A stretch of 64,000 bases of DNA from Eledone cirrhosa (Eukaryota), in NCBI GenBank assembly GCA_964016885.1, contig OZ024742.1, positions 231,570,001 through 231,634,000 on the forward strand, read 5' to 3'. Both the position numbers and the translations under genes were made by a program. Below, in pieces: positions 1-13,648 of this stretch. The notes under the pieces were generated by a model. It saw only the letters and a program-made list of their open reading frames with translations. It was not told where the DNA came from and made no database searches. Within the stretch, counting starts at the first letter, position 1; every line of letters starts with the position of its first letter.

Positions 1-235
1 CAGTGAATTCATACATTGATTGTAAAATAGCTGCCTTTGAATAAGGAGGAATTGAATAAGGAGGAATGATTAGCTTCGCAGCTTGATCCTAATGTTACAC
101 ATCATATACAGTGACTAATAATAAAGATAAATTATTTTAATATATATTCTTTAGGCAGGGCAGAGAAAACATCAATAATTTTCCAAGCAGCAAACACTGA
201 TTTCTCATGAGACTTGCACTTTTAAACCATTCCAA

Positions 236-2432
236 GCGTGCCCAGGGACGCCACATACCCCACCCTCAGGTACCCCCTATCCTCCACCCCTGAAGCCAGC
301 GCCAAGCGTTTGCGTGACCAGGTAAATGCAAAGCTTATCATGGGTGATGTCTCGGCCGCAGTCAGAGGACACTGTCCTCCAACCCACCGAGGAGGTCCTG
401 GCTGCTCTGTGGCTCAAACACCCTGAGCCACCCACTGATCTCAGACCCATACCCCCACCTGCTCCTTGTGGTTACTGATGCAGATATCATGGCCGCCATC
501 AGGTCCTTCCCAGCTAGCAGCTGCAGAGGTGTTGATGGTCTCGACCAGGCCACCTCAAGGAGTTGACATCCCCCCTCTCCGCTGAGGCCGGGCGCCGCCT
601 TCTGAGTTCAATTGTGACGCTTACCAATAGGCTCATTCATGGTTCCCTCAACCCTTACACCCGAGGCCTCTTTTTTTCGGCCAGCCTCACCGCTCTCAGG
701 AAGAAAGAGGGTGGCATACGCCCCATTGCTGTGGGCAATGTCTTTTGGAGGCTGGCTGCCAAGGTGATCTGCAAGTCCGTCACACATGAACTGGGTGTTG
801 GCGTGTCCGGTGGCTGTGAGGGAGCCGCTCATGCAATCAGGCAGTTCTTCAGCAGCTGCCCATCGGTACCGGCATCCACGGTCATACCCTCGGCTACTGG
901 GGTCCAACAGGGCGACCCTTTGGGACCCCTCCTGTTCGCCCTTGGTATTGACCACATCACCCAACGTATCACGGCCCCTCTCAACGTTTGGTATCTGGAT
1001 GATGCTACGTTGGGCGGGCCCGTACGGACGGTCTGCCAAGACCTTCAATCGGTGATTCCTGCCCTGGTGGGAATCGGCCTCCAGGTCAACTCGGCCAAGT
1101 CGGAGGTGGTGAACGTCAGCCTCGATGCTGCGAGCTTTGCAGCCTCCGTCTTGGACATGCGGTCCATTCTCTGCCAGGTTCAGGTGACCCCCAAAGAGGA
1201 TGTCCTCATCCTCGGGTCACCAATCCACCTGCCGGCAATCCACTCCACCATCAGGTCCAGGCCTCAACAGCTCCAGATTCTCATGAACTGACTGGGCTTG
1301 ATTGACGGCCACCCAGCTCTCTTTCTGCTGAGGAACTGCTTCGCCATGCTGAAGTTCCTCTGTACAGTCCGCAGCACTCCATGCTACACTCAGACATCTC
1401 TCCTTGCTGACCTCGATACTTGTATCCGAGCAGCATCCGAGGGGATATACAACGTCAAGTTTGACGACATAGGGTGGCAACAGGCCACTTTACCGGTCAG
1501 GTATGGCAGCCTTGGCCTCCGGTCCCCGATCTCACTAGCTTTGCCGGCGTATCTTTCGTCGGTAACCTCGTTCCGCGTCCTCGTCAGCAGGGTTCTTCAA
1601 AACACAACAGAACCCTGTGTTCAGAGAACGAGAGGCCGCCTGTGAGACGTGGGATCGGCTGGGACTTAGACGTCCCTCCTCCTCCCCCTGTTGACGTCAA
1701 GTCCCCCCCAACGCACTTGGGATGCCATCCAGTGCAGCCTGGCCTCAGACAGGCTCACGCGCCAGCTTGTTTTCATGCGGCCTCCAAACCCAACAGTGGT
1801 GCCTGGCTCCATGCCCTGCCCTCCTTCTCCACTGGTACGCAGCTAGACAACCATAGCCTGCGAATCAGCGTTTCCCTGAGGCTCGGCCTCCGGATCAGCC
1901 AGCCACACCAATGTCGCTGTGGTTCCACAGTGCCGGCCGCATTCCACGCCATGCTGCCCTCAACGAGGTCATTAAGCAAGGCTTGGACGCTGCAGGCTTC
2001 CCTTCCCAGCTCGAGCCGGTGGGGTTGGATCGAGGGGATGGCAAAAGGCCAGACGGCATGACCATCTTCCCGTTCCGCAGTGGCAAACCCCTCGTCTGGG
2101 ATGCCAGTTGCACCGACACTTTCTGTGCCGCAACATGGTGCAGTCTGCGACTGACCAGGTTCTGCTGCACGTCGGACTGAGGGGGCCAAACTCCTCAAAT
2201 ACCGGTCGCTCTCCGACAGGTTTACGGTCGTTTTCCTGGCAGTGGAGACTTCTGGTGTCCTCGGCCCCAGGGCTACCTCCTTACTCACCACCATAGGCGC
2301 TGAGTTGTCCAGCTGCAGGTGAGCCCCGCGAGTCGGAGTGGCTTTTCCAGCCCGTCTCCCTTGCTGTCCTCCGGGGAAACGCCTTCTCCAAAATGTCCGC
2401 CAGGGCTGTGGGTGGGCCCCATCGCGTACCAA
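236..2432 (+). mobile_element. Decayed CRE-clade (restriction-like endonuclease) non-LTR retrotransposon with frameshifts and internal deletions
   Basis: Sharp GC-rich island in AT-rich DNA. ORF pieces carry GGIRPIAVG..WRLAAK, LGVGVSGGCE, GVQQGDPLGPLLF, NVWYLDD (RT), [36 protein letters not shown] and [25 protein letters not shown] (RLE nuclease). This motif order is typical of CRE elements. Confidence 0.85.
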
Positions 2433-2707
2433 TACATTAGTTAAATACCATTATTTCATCTGATACAACACAATAAAGACTAAAGTGTTTTTTTGTTTTT
2501 TTTAAATTGATGTTGAAGTAAAAAAAAAAAAAAAATTATATCCCCTACATATGATAGTGCTCAGCCTTTTGATATTTCATCAAATAGTGATATAACAGCA
2601 ATAGTTATGACATAGAAGTGGCTGGTTTAACACAATTTTATATGGACTATGTTTTACCCTTTCTTTGCGAAATATTTACGTATACAAACAGCATGTGTGG
2701 CTGTATG

Positions 2708-2852
2708 CAATGCCCAGATTTAGGCATAAGCTAAACAAACTACAGCTTAGGGGATTCACATTCCACAGGGGTCCTCTGGTATGTTCTTTTTTAACAGGGA
2801 GCTTTCAAAGTTTGTTTATCTTAGGGTCTCCACAAGTCTAAATCCGTCACTG
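2708..2852. mobile_element. Small MITE-like element with short imperfect terminal inverted repeats
   Basis: Left end caatgcccagatttag; right end ctaaatccgtcactg (reverse complement cagtgacggatttag). Confidence 0.4.
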
Positions 2853-3194
2853 GCAATCTGGATATGTTGCAAATAATTTGCTATCTTGTTTTGTGTATGT
2901 TTGGATGTTATGTTTACGTTGTAAGTATCATGCTTGATGAGTTCTAGGTGATGTGTGGCCACTGGAAAATATTTATAGTCAAGATTCTCACTAAAAGATA
3001 ATTTACCAACTTGATTATCTGCATAACAAACAAAACAGGGAGATACTTTGAAAATGTTGAATAACAGCAACATTCTCCCAAAGTTTTGCTACCATAGATA
3101 ATGCTCAAGGGCTCGGATGAAAATTTCAGCCCCCCCCCCCCCCACACACACACACACTTTGCATGCAAGCTCATAGGTGTTTTCTGGGGACTTT

Positions 3195-3352
3195 TAATGA
3201 TAGGAACTGCAGTTGTATAATGAAAACAAACGTGAAAAATAGTATCTTACACAAGAACACAACGCGCTACCAGATTCAGAAATCGTCCCCCACCCCACAC
3301 CGACCTTTACGATCGTGAGTCCAACATCCTAACCACTAGGCATCGCGCCTTC
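3195..3352 (-). mobile_element. tRNA-derived SINE (5' part)
   Basis: Minus strand begins gaaggcgcgatgcctagtggttaggatgttggactcacgatcgtaaagg (tRNA-like A box). Similar to copies at 24959 (+) and 63775-64000 (-). Confidence 0.65.
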
Positions 3353-3899
3353 TAATACCATGCAATATTTGGATTCCAAGAAAATGTAGTTTATCTGATT
3401 CGGTTTGCTCTCTTAAACAGGAGGGAAAAAAACTGATAGATGTATTAAATCTTACCCTTGCTCTACGTTGGTCACCTGTTCTATAACAAATATTTATCAA
3501 TGAATACAGGTGGAAACCATTTTTTCATTGTGTATTCGGTTTTCCTGTAAATATTTTGTGATTTTTTGTTTTTTAGAGGAAGCAATCAGTTTGTGTATTT
3601 ACTATTTCCAACCATGTAAAAGATGTCATAAAAAAATTAATACTCTATGTTCACACAGCAAGGTTAACATAGTTTGTTTCCATTGTTCCAATAAATTTGA
3701 AAGAAGCGTCACACTTTTTAACTTGTACCAACGGTATCAATACAGCAAAATGAAATATTGTCTGATAAACTGAAGCGTTGTATGCTGGCTACCTATACAT
3801 CCAATAAACAAGGAAATAATCGTACTGCTATTGTCATATTAGTTCATTTGAAAAGAGTCGAAACAAATCCTTATCAACAATCTAGGACGAAAGAAACAC

Positions 3900-4134
3900 A
3901 ACAGCTGTTACTATGGCAATAGCTATGTCGAAGCTAGCATTCATAGTGTAGCCGCAGATCCACAACAAAAACAATATTTTCCGGAAGTGATACTCTTTTG
4001 GAACAAGGCGACACTGACAAGTATCCAACAAGAATAAAAAAAAAATGATTCGATAAGTATGCCGTTCTAAACTTCTAAGTCAGAATAAGATATAATCTAG
4101 TCTTCAATACTTAGTTTCAGTACGTTAGAGGATC
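3900..4134 (+). promoter_or_regulatory. Putative ZnT7 proximal promoter/5' UTR with an ETS/GABP site (CCGGAAGTG, 3981-3989) and an X-box-like motif (3907-3920)
   Basis: Perfect CCGGAAGTG about 150 nt upstream of the ATG, with locally retained CpGs. GTTACTATGGCAAT resembles the RFX consensus GTTGCCATGGCAAC. Confidence 0.5.
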
Positions 4135-4211
4135 ATGCTTCCACAACATATTCATGACAGTGAATATAGACCAGGATGGTACTTAAAAGAAAAATTTTAC
4201 GCATGGCTAAG
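4135..4211 (+). CDS. SLC30A7: Zinc transporter 7 (ZnT7, CDF family), coding exon 1: MLPQHIHDSEYRPGWYLKEKFYAWL(R)
   Basis: ATG at 4135. Resembles the vertebrate ZnT7 N-terminus (MLPLSIKDDEYKP...GWFR). Donor AG|GTGAG at 4212, phase 2. Confidence 0.9.
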
Positions 4212-4781
4212 GTGAGCGATTAATCTGTCAAGTTGCCGTACACGTGGCATCCATACACAAAACAGAAGAAAAACAACACTCAACATATTTCTTACTTATC
4301 GATCTATTTCTCTTCTCATTATTTCAACCTTTTAATTTTCATTTGTTTAATCAAGCGGTATTTATCTACTTCTATATGAGAGGTCTATAGGATCTTGTTT
4401 ATTTCAATTGAAATAGATATATCTGATTTTTTTCTCTAAAAAATATTTCAGATTAATGATTTGTAGATGAATTAACGACGAACATACAGTTCTTAAAATT
4501 ACTTTTGAAAGTTATTTAAATTTTACATAAAATCATCTCGTACTAATTGATAGTCATTTCTGCAAAGTAACATATGTACACACTGATCTAATTGATAGTG
4601 TATTTACTTAATCGTTCCTAATGTTTTAGCCGCATTCTAATTTAATTTTCTAAGTATATTTAAATATAATTTGCAAAAATAATTTTCTTAAAAATTAAAA
4701 CTATTGAAAAAATCCAAAAAACAAGCTTAAAAACTTTCAGACAACTTTAAGTAAAGCTTTACAATTTTTTGTTTGTTGCAG

Positions 4782-4883
4782 GTTAATATTTTCTGAAAAG
4801 ACTTCAAGGAACATATTTTTGTTCCTGTTATTAAATCTATCATTTGCATTTGTGGAATTAATATATGGAGTTTGGACGAACAG
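4782..4883 (+). CDS. SLC30A7: ZnT7 exon 2: (R)LIFSEKTSRNIFLFLLLNLSFAFVELIYGVWTN(S), TM1
   Basis: Acceptor ttgttgcag|G and donor AG|GTTTGT, 102 nt. KTSRN.F.FL.LNLSFAFVEL.YG.W is a ZnT5/7 signature. Confidence 0.95.
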
Positions 4884-6202
4884 GTTTGTTACCGTTATCT
4901 TTTAAATTTGTATGAGAAAACACCTTCAGCTTTACTAATAAAGTTTGGTGCATCGCTAGATATATTTTGGTACAAATCGGGGAAGATAATTTGACATTTA
5001 CGATGTATAAACATGATTTTATCTTTGATATTTAAATTCCTTGTAGTATTACTGATACTGCATTTCTATCGATTTTAAGGGGTAACAGCTGTGGTGACGT
5101 ACATATTTTTTAGTTGTGAAGAAAACATAGGACCTAAGTTTATATATAGAACAGCATACAATTGTGAGAGCAAAAAGTATACATTACAAATTTAATTTGT
5201 CGCATTGAAGATTATTTAACCGTTTGTCTACTGCCCCCTGACTAATTAAAACATATAATCAAATAACCGGTTACAGGGAATGGCGAGTGGTATTTTATTT
5301 TTTAATATATTTGCGAAATGTGTTTTTTTCACATTAATTGATTATATTATTCATTAGTTGACGAAGTTGATTTAAATTTTGCACAGCATCAACAAATTAA
5401 TGTCAAAACAAATAATGAACATATGAGGTATGTTTGATAAAATATAATACATAAATAAAAATCATTTAAGATTAAGTATTTGATAATATTTAAAAAAAAA
5501 ATTAAATAAGAGTTTTTTTTTTAAATTCCAGTATAGTTTATTTTTCGAATTAATTTAGGTAATCTAAGTTTCTGTGATAAAGGTAAAAATATTTATAAAT
5601 TGTCTTTAGCTGGATAGTTTATTCACAATTGTATAAATAATATTACAAATAAAAAAGAAAGAAAAGGAATATCTTTGATTATACAACAGATTCTTGAGCA
5701 TACAAGCTATTGCATCGGTGTTTGATGTTGAAATTTGAATTACTTGTGTTTATACTTTCAAAGGGATATTGTTATTGACGTTTTGGACATTACCGTTACG
5801 TCTGTATATATATATAAGCTCACTTCTGAGGTCCTAACTGTTGAGTTTGACAAATGAACAGGATGGCATTTCTTGCTTATCTAGAAGTAGCAATTATACA
5901 CAAGCTGGTTTTATCTGAATCCCCTGGTGTTGTTTACCATTTCAGCCATGGATATTCCGTCTTTGTGGGATTACATTATCCAGCGTATCTTTTTATTTTC
6001 CATGAGGGTGGAGGCATGGCTGCTATTTTAGCAGGTCAAGCGACCACGTAGATATTCCCTCGTTTGCACCTTTACTTTGAAGTCATTGATTGGTAATGTG
6101 AATCATTGGTTTGTACTTTTGGTAAGGCCCGTTACCTCAAATGATGCAGTTTTCTAGTGGGAATGATAATGAATTAGTCGTTAGCACAACTGTTAGCACA
6201 TC

Positions 6203-6655
6203 ATGATCATCGTTTTACGTTTATTTTCCATGCTGGCATGAGTTGGGTTGACACGTTCCAAGATTTGACTTGACAGGTCAAATGATCATGCCTTGCTCAC
6301 AAGTCCCAATTTGGAATTGTTGCTATGACTGGATGCCCTTCCTAATGCCAACCTCTTCAAAACATGTACTGGATGCATGTTATTGTGTGACTAGCACTAT
6401 TGCTATTGCTAAATATATATATATATGGTAACGGGTAAAGACCCCCCCCCCCCATCGGTCACTAATGACCATGGTTTTGCACCTAGAAAGTTCCCCTCTG
6501 ATGCACAAGCCTGAGCAAGATCAGTAGTTGCCCATGCATACTCGTCGCCCCTCTCCACGTCACCAAGGGAAAGGCTATAGCCGATACAGCTTGGCACCAG
6601 GGACGTCACAACTCATTTCTACAGCATAGTGAACTGGAGTAAGTAAAATAAAGTA
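6203..6655 (-). mobile_element. Cluster of short interspersed repeats (RTE-tail element plus SINE 3' part)
   Basis: catcatcgttttacg..ttccatgctggcatg..ctggatgcccttcctaatgcc is the reverse of the RTE-type tail/module seen many times in this window. The following segment ends ctcatttctacagc..gtgaactggag, as at 12374 and 63890. Confidence 0.55.
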
Positions 6656-7494
6656 TTCACACAGAATTTATTGCACTTCATTCATACCAGCCATGAAAAA
6701 CGATGTCCGCACTTAATGTTGCCTGTGGATCGAAAGAGACTTCCGGCAAGACCTCTTCTGCATTCCCGGCACCTTAGCCCCACATGCCCCCTCCCCTCTC
6801 CCTGGTCTTAAGGATCAATCACTCCATCATCTCACTACATGTCAAAGTCCATCATCCACATGGGTGAGCAGTGTTCTGTTGGAGTGATGCTTTCATTCTT
6901 CTCTTCTCCAAAGTCTGTCAAATTAACGATTCTGTGGAGATCCAAGATGTGACGCAGCATTCCGTCCACAGACTCGTTGTTTCAGGAATTTAAAGCTGTT
7001 AATGTTCCCTTTCCCCATTGTGACGTGCAGTGTGCATTTGGAGGCCCAAACCTCCTTGCCCACTTGTATGGATGCATTCTCTCTCTCTCTTCCACAGGTT
7101 GTTGTAATAACGTGCATTGATGTTGTAATTCATATCTATATATCACCTTGTATGGCACCAACTCCTTGACTTGTCCCACCCAAGGTGACATGTGCCAGAA
7201 CACCGCCTCCATTGGTTAAATGTGTCCCCTCTCCACTATGGCCTTGATTGGGTGGTGGTGTCTCTCCATGATCCCATTTCCACACAGCTTGTATGCTGCT
7301 CTGAAAAAGCAGCTTACATTCCACACATCAAGCATATTCGGCACCTCCAAGCAAAATTTGGCCATGCTCAGTGTGTAGGAAAGAAGTAGGTAGAAATTCC
7401 ATCCTATGTCCCAAATATAAATTATAGGAACACAAGATGTAGTGGGATCTCAGGCAGGTTGGCAAAGGATGTAGGTTTTGTATGTGGTTGTTGC

Positions 7495-8700
7495 ACAGGA
7501 GCAGTAAGTAGCAAGAACTCAGGAAACAAGCTCCTTTAAATATTCAGAGGGCTCCGTAGAAATAGTTGATAGTTTCTGTTACCTGACTGACCAAAATTAG
7601 TAGTTGGGTATTCTGAAAGTGCAGTAGCCAGAGTGAGAATGGGATGAAAAAAGTTCAGGGAGCTACTACCACTGCTAGCTACAAAAGTTTTTTTCCTGAA
7701 AACGAAATTGTATGAAGCTTCTGTATGAACAGCAATGCTGCATGGAAGTGAGATGAGACTGTGGCACTATGTGCAGAGAACCTACGAAGATTGGAAAGAA
7801 ATGAAGTTTACATGCTCCAATGGATGTGTAATAGTAGTGTGCATGAATGACAAAACAGCAATGCACTGAGAGGGAGACTAGATATAAGAGGGGTTAGATG
7901 CAGTGTGCAGGAGAGGAGATTGCAGTGGTGTGGACATGTGATGCATATGGAGGATGATATCTGTATAAAAAAATGCAAGGTACTCAAAGTTGACAAAAAC
8001 TATGAGAAAGGAAGGCCTAGGAAAGCTTGAGATGAAGTGATAAAAGCTGACCTTGCCCAATTAAACCTCACAAAAGAAGTGACACAGGATTGAGATCTTT
8101 GGCAGAAGACTTGCTCTCCCATGGGCACAGGATGAAACAAACATGTAGAAGACCCTAGTTTGTATCAATCTTCTGCTCTTTACTCCTTCCTAATCTTAAT
8201 ATCTCCTAAGCACTATTCCCCCCCCCCCCTCACCAGCTAAATAACCCATATTGAACCTTCGTACTTGTCCCTCACCCCTTTAATTCTCAGTCCTTGCCCT
8301 GATACACCTCTCCTGCCAAACCATGCAAAAATCTTCCAAAAGAACTCCAACAAAATCCACCCTGTATGGTGATCTGGTGCTACAACAACAAAACACCTAG
8401 TCAATCATGCCTGTAAGGGGGTGGGGGTCATATTGGTGACATGAAAAAGCCCCCAGTCCACTCTATTTGTTCTGGTGACACAACGAAAAGTACCCAGCTC
8501 TCCCTGTTAGATGGTCATTTTGGTGACAATAAAAAGCACCCAGTCCACACTGTGATGCAATTGGTGTTAGGAAGGGCATCCAGTCATAGAAACCAAGCCA
8601 AAATACAGATCCATATGAGCAAGATATTGTCTCATAACATGCAACCCGTCTAATACATCCAAGCATGAAAAAATAGACATTAAATGATGACGATGATGAT
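7495..8700 (+). mobile_element. Old 5'-truncated RTE LINE fragment with 3' UTR and (GAT)n tail
   Basis: Degenerate match to 59620-60658 (SVEIVDSF.YL, VARVRMG.KKFRELLPLLA, WCGHVM). Ends taaatgatgacgatgatgat. Confidence 0.8.
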
Positions 8701-11700
8701 ATATCAGAAACATCTATCAGAACATTTCTTACTTCTACTATTACTGAGTCATTAAACTTCCCATGTACATTTTGCTGTTCATTGACTTTGATTAAGATCA
8801 ATGTCAAAAAGTATACTTCTTTCTAAGAACACTCTCGCTTAACATTGATCTTATTTGTTAATTTAAAATTGATTTTCTGCAAAAGCAACTTTTTGGATTT
8901 GTTAAAATTGATTTGGTTGCTGACCTTCTTTTGCACATGTTAGTTTATTGACTGCATTGTTTAAAACATTTTAAAAGGAAAGTACACATTGGATAATGTC
9001 CTTCAAAGACAATAGCCATAGCTTTTGATTATAGGTCTGCTCAATCATTATTGACCAGGGGTTAAACAATACCAACAGTAAAGAGGTTAAGATAAACCTA
9101 ACTGCAAACTTATCAACTCTCCCCATCTGATGAGGAGATCTCCCACCCACTTTGGGGTGGGTGAGAGATGGCTTCCCTTGTGAAAATGGGTATAGCTTTC
9201 ATTATGTAAAATCTCCCCATTTTGCCTCATTTCTCCCTGTTTTGGGGCACTTTTTTTCATGGTACTCCCTGTTTGGGCTTTTAGAGGTTGGCAGGTCTGC
9301 AACTGGTATGTGGTTACTACTTCTACATATGCAAGAGATGCTAAGTTTCATTCTTTCATAGAGAATTGTCACACTCCCATTCATCTAACAAACACAACAG
9401 TTAGAACTGCAGAAAGTGACAATATAAACTTTATAAACTTATATATGCATATGAGTATATACATATAAGTCCAAACATGGCTGTGTAATAAAGATGTTTA
9501 CTTCACAACCACATAGTTTTAAGTTCTATCCCACTCTGTTCGATCTTGAGCAATTATCTTCTGCTATAGCCTCAGGCAGACCAAAGCCTTGTGAGTGAAA
9601 TTTGCAACCAGAAACTGCATGAAGCCTGAACAGATCTCTGCACATTGTAATCTTTCGTCATCTCCTTTACGGGGTTCATTATTTTGAGATCCACTCCCTG
9701 ATAAACTGCCTAACCCTTCCTAGCAGGGAAAGGGGATGTTGAATGATGATGATGATGATATGTGTGTGTTTTTCTATGTGCTTCACATGACATTGCTAGT
9801 GTAGCCACTTTACAGTTAGACATGCAAAGATTCCATACTTTATTTAAAAACAAATGAGGATTGGTGTCAAGCAAGACACAGTAGACAAAATGCGACAAAC
9901 TAAATTCATCATCATCATATCCACTTTCCATACTGGCATATGTTGGAAGTATCATTACAGCCCGAGACAAGACATGGTTGGATAACCATATGTTATCCAT
10001 CTTCTTCGTACATTCCATAATTTGGCATGGTTTCTATAGCTGGATGCCCTTCCATATACCAATCACTTTATAGAGTGTACCGAGTGCATTTTATCAGGGC
10101 TTCAACACCAGGAGGGTTCCTATATGCTTGGCTAGACTAAGAGTCCTCTCTATGTTGTATTGTCTCTGTACAAACGTTAACTACTTTACAAAATATACTG
10201 AGATTGAGTGTGTTTTATGGCACCAACACTAGAGAGGTTGTCAAGTCCTTGAAAACACTAAAGGGAAGTCCTCTCTTCCCTATGTTGACTTGGTTTGTTC
10301 ATTAAGAGGTACTGATTGCATTCTATTAGGCTGTCCTATCCACTGCAGGTTAAAAGGGACTTCTCCGCTTCATGCTATCTTTGATCTCTTATAACATTTG
10401 CATTTAACATCAGTGTGTGTGTACTGGTGGGTGGCTCTTTTCTAGTACAGTGAGTTGCTAATGTATTTTTGCCTTCACAATTATGGTCGTTCATGATGGT
10501 CTCTGAGAAATTATTCATTAGTTGAATTTCTACTCCAGATAGGAATTGCCATGTGTATTAGAATAGATACACCATATCCTTGTGTTTTTTAAGAGGCAAC
10601 TAAAATAGTTGGTGTCTGCAAAACACTATTTAAAACAACCCATCAACCCCATGCCAGCAAAGAAAAGGGCATGTAAAAATGATGATGTTAGTTAAACTAC
10701 TGATTTCGTTGTTGCTGTTTGCATCCAACAGTCTAGGAGAGAGAGCACTTTGAAATATAACTGACATGTACTAGAGCTAGATACTGCTCCATGTATAAGA
10801 CAACAGCCGCTCTTGTACTGGTGCTATGTTGAACGATAGCTGTTAAAATCGTTATGACCTGGTGACAGCATTGGAGATATCTTTATGCTGTTGCTAAGAA
10901 ATACATCTAGCTCTATCCAGTATGTTAGCAGCTTACAATATTCCACCTTCTACCAACCACTAACCCTTTACAAATCTCAAGTGTGACCTACATTTGAGAC
11001 AATGCTGCTGCTGCACATACAGACATCCTTGATTACCTTCCCCCCAAAAGACCATCCAAATAATTGGCTTACGGTTACTCATCAACACACTTCAACTTCT
11101 TATTTCTTTGTGTTTTCTACATTGGCTTCTGCTTATTGGAGTTGGTTGCTCTCATGCCTCCCCATTTGATTTGTCTCTTGTCACCCATATTGTCCCTCCT
11201 TTCCAGGCCCTGCTTTATCCAGTCCTTCCTCAGAACATCAACCCTTTGTAATTTCTTTTCTGTTCATGTTGTTATTATAAGACCTTAGCTGAGACTATCT
11301 TTGGGATAGAGGATGAATATTATTTTGTAACAAATGATTTCAATGGTCATGTAAGTAAACGTTATCTTGAATAGACTATGGTGTATATGGAAGCTACAGT
11401 TTAACCCCTTTGTTACCAAACCACCTGAATATGCTCTTCGTTCTATGATGAAAAACCATTTGTTTTAAATTATTCATATTTAAATTTAAACCTTCCATTC
11501 TAATTTTATGTTAGAACTTTTTCTTAGAATATCTTCCAAACACCAACTTAACAATGAGAAAGTTAGTTATATTACTAAATCCTCCCAAATATATATTTCA
11601 GAAATTGATTGGAAATCATAGGTAGTGTCTTTAATTAGAAATATGGTAACACATGTTCATTGGTTTCTGGAATAAATACACTATAGGAAACATGAAGTAA

Positions 11701-11818
11701 AATAATCCAGCTGGCCATCTGTTTGCTTGGTGGGGTTAAAAAGCTGACAAACAGAATCAGTTATTTGATCATATGCAAAAAACTGTCCTTGAATGTGATC
11801 TCTCAATATTACTTAACT

Positions 11819-12597
11819 GTGGGTGGATTGGCAGAATCGGTAGAGTGTCAGACAACATGCTTAGCAGCATAGAGTTACGGCCCTTTATGTTCTGAGTCCA
11901 AATCCCGTCAAGGTTAGCTTTGCCTTTCATCCTTACGGGGTCGACAAAATAAAGTACCAGTAACGAACTGGGGTCGATTAAAACCAGCTGTATCCGGCCA
12001 GAATTCTCTCACCTCTTTCTGTTAAAATCAGCTGTAACTGGCCACTCATACTTACATTAAGGTATTGTACTCAAAATAAATAACATCAAAATATCATAGA
12101 TTCGATATTATGTGAGATAATTATGTAAAATAAAGCTTTTACTGTGAAGATACAATAGTATATATAGAGTAATCATCATTCATCATCATTTCATTTTACG
12201 TCCACTTTTCCCTGCTTGGAAGGGTGGGACGGGAACTGATTCTGGCTTGATTTCTACAGCTGGATGCCCTTCCTAACACCAACCTCATTTACAGTGAGTG
12301 CTGGGTGCTTTTTTGCCGTGGCACCTCCATGACCACTTTGCCATGGAATGATAGGGACCCCATTGCCTATCATCTCATTTCTACAGCTGAGTAAACTGGA
12401 GCAATGTGAAATAAAGTGTCTTGCTCAAGGAAACAACAAATCACCCGGTCTGAGAATTGAACTCACAACCTTTCGATTGCAAGGCCAGTGCTCGAACCAC
12501 TAAGCCATGTGCCTCCATATGTAAATGTAAATGCTAAAGGGTTAATCGACTTTCTCCTCTCCCAAATTGTTGGCCTTGTGCCTGAATCTGAAACCAT
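11819..12597 (+). mobile_element. Nested repeats: a tRNA-SINE interrupted by a piggyBac-like MITE (about 11978-12545), itself interrupted by a minus-strand SINE (about 12174-12516)
   Basis: The SINE sequence ...ctggggtcgaTTAA resumes as TTAAtcgactttctcc after the MITE end aaatgctaaagggTTAA. The inner element has a catcat tail and a reverse tRNA head (gaattgaactc..accactaagccatgtgcctcc). Confidence 0.75.
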
Positions 12598-13421
12598 TAA
12601 TTAACTGTTAATAAGTTAAGTTTAGAATGGACGCTGGGAAAAGAACTTTAACTAAAGAAAGGAAGATATGGAAGAGGAAACACCCATACGTGAGAAGTGG
12701 TACTGACAAATACTTATATGGAGAGAGAGATAAGAAAGAGATAAACTACTGCAAATAATTGATCAGGTCTCTAACTGGAGAAAAAGCTGTGTGATAATGT
12801 AATACTTAAAAACAAGCTTTATTTTTAAAAACTTCAAAACAGCGAGTGGGGTTAGGATAAAATAAACCACAGCTCACAGGTTATACTCAAACTAGAGACC
12901 TGATCCAAATGATTGCAATAGAGTGGACTCTACTAAAGGTACTTAAGATGTACCACCACAGTTATTTAGCTGCTGCTTCCTCCCTTATTTCCCCTACTTT
13001 CATTCTCTTTTTTTTTTCTTTTGTTGACTTGCTGCCTGAGAAAATATTGTGCTGTATATAAATGTCTAAATATTTGTAACCCTCTCCACCTTCATTGCTA
13101 GAATATAAAAATGATTATTTAGTTAGGAGAGTGCTGGAGGTTTGTATTTCATTTTGCAATACTGTGTTTGAGAGGTGTCTTAACAAAGAGTATGAGTGAG
13201 ATAGAAAGTAGTGAAATGGCATATAAGACAACTGAATATATGTCAACAAAGCTGTAGAACAAGGTAGCGGAGATACTTAATGAAAACTTTAGTCATTTAG
13301 CATAATAGAATCCATTTTTGTCATAAATAACTTGTGTAGTAATACCAGTGACAACTTTTACAGAGGTAAAAGTAATGCGCTAAATCATCAATATCATCAT
13401 CATCACTAAAGTTTGTTGAAA

Positions 13422-13648
13422 AACAGCAGTCACAATAGTGGGTTAAATTTAGTTGAATTATAATCATCATAACAGTGGACTAAAGAAGGTTGAATTACAA
13501 TAGTCACAACACTACTATATTGGTTTAATTTACAGCACTCACAACAGTGGACTATAATGGGTTGAATAAAACAGTCACAACAATGTAATAAATTTAGTTT
13601 AAAATATAACAGTCACAACACTGTACTATAGTGGGTTGAATTATAGTA
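13422..13648. repeat. Degenerate tandem repeat, about 6-7 units of roughly 36-38 bp (acagtcacaacagtggactata.tgggttgaattat)
   Basis: Recurring (a/c)agtcacaaca and gttgaatta at regular spacing. Confidence 0.7.

Noticed and set aside
6660-7480. Possible L1/Tx1 remnant or nested exon
   Set aside because: Slightly GC-richer with short ORFs, but no motif I can identify with confidence.
13422-13648. CRISPR-like repeat-spacer pattern
   Set aside because: The whole units are mutually similar (degenerate tandem repeat), and the context is a eukaryotic intron.
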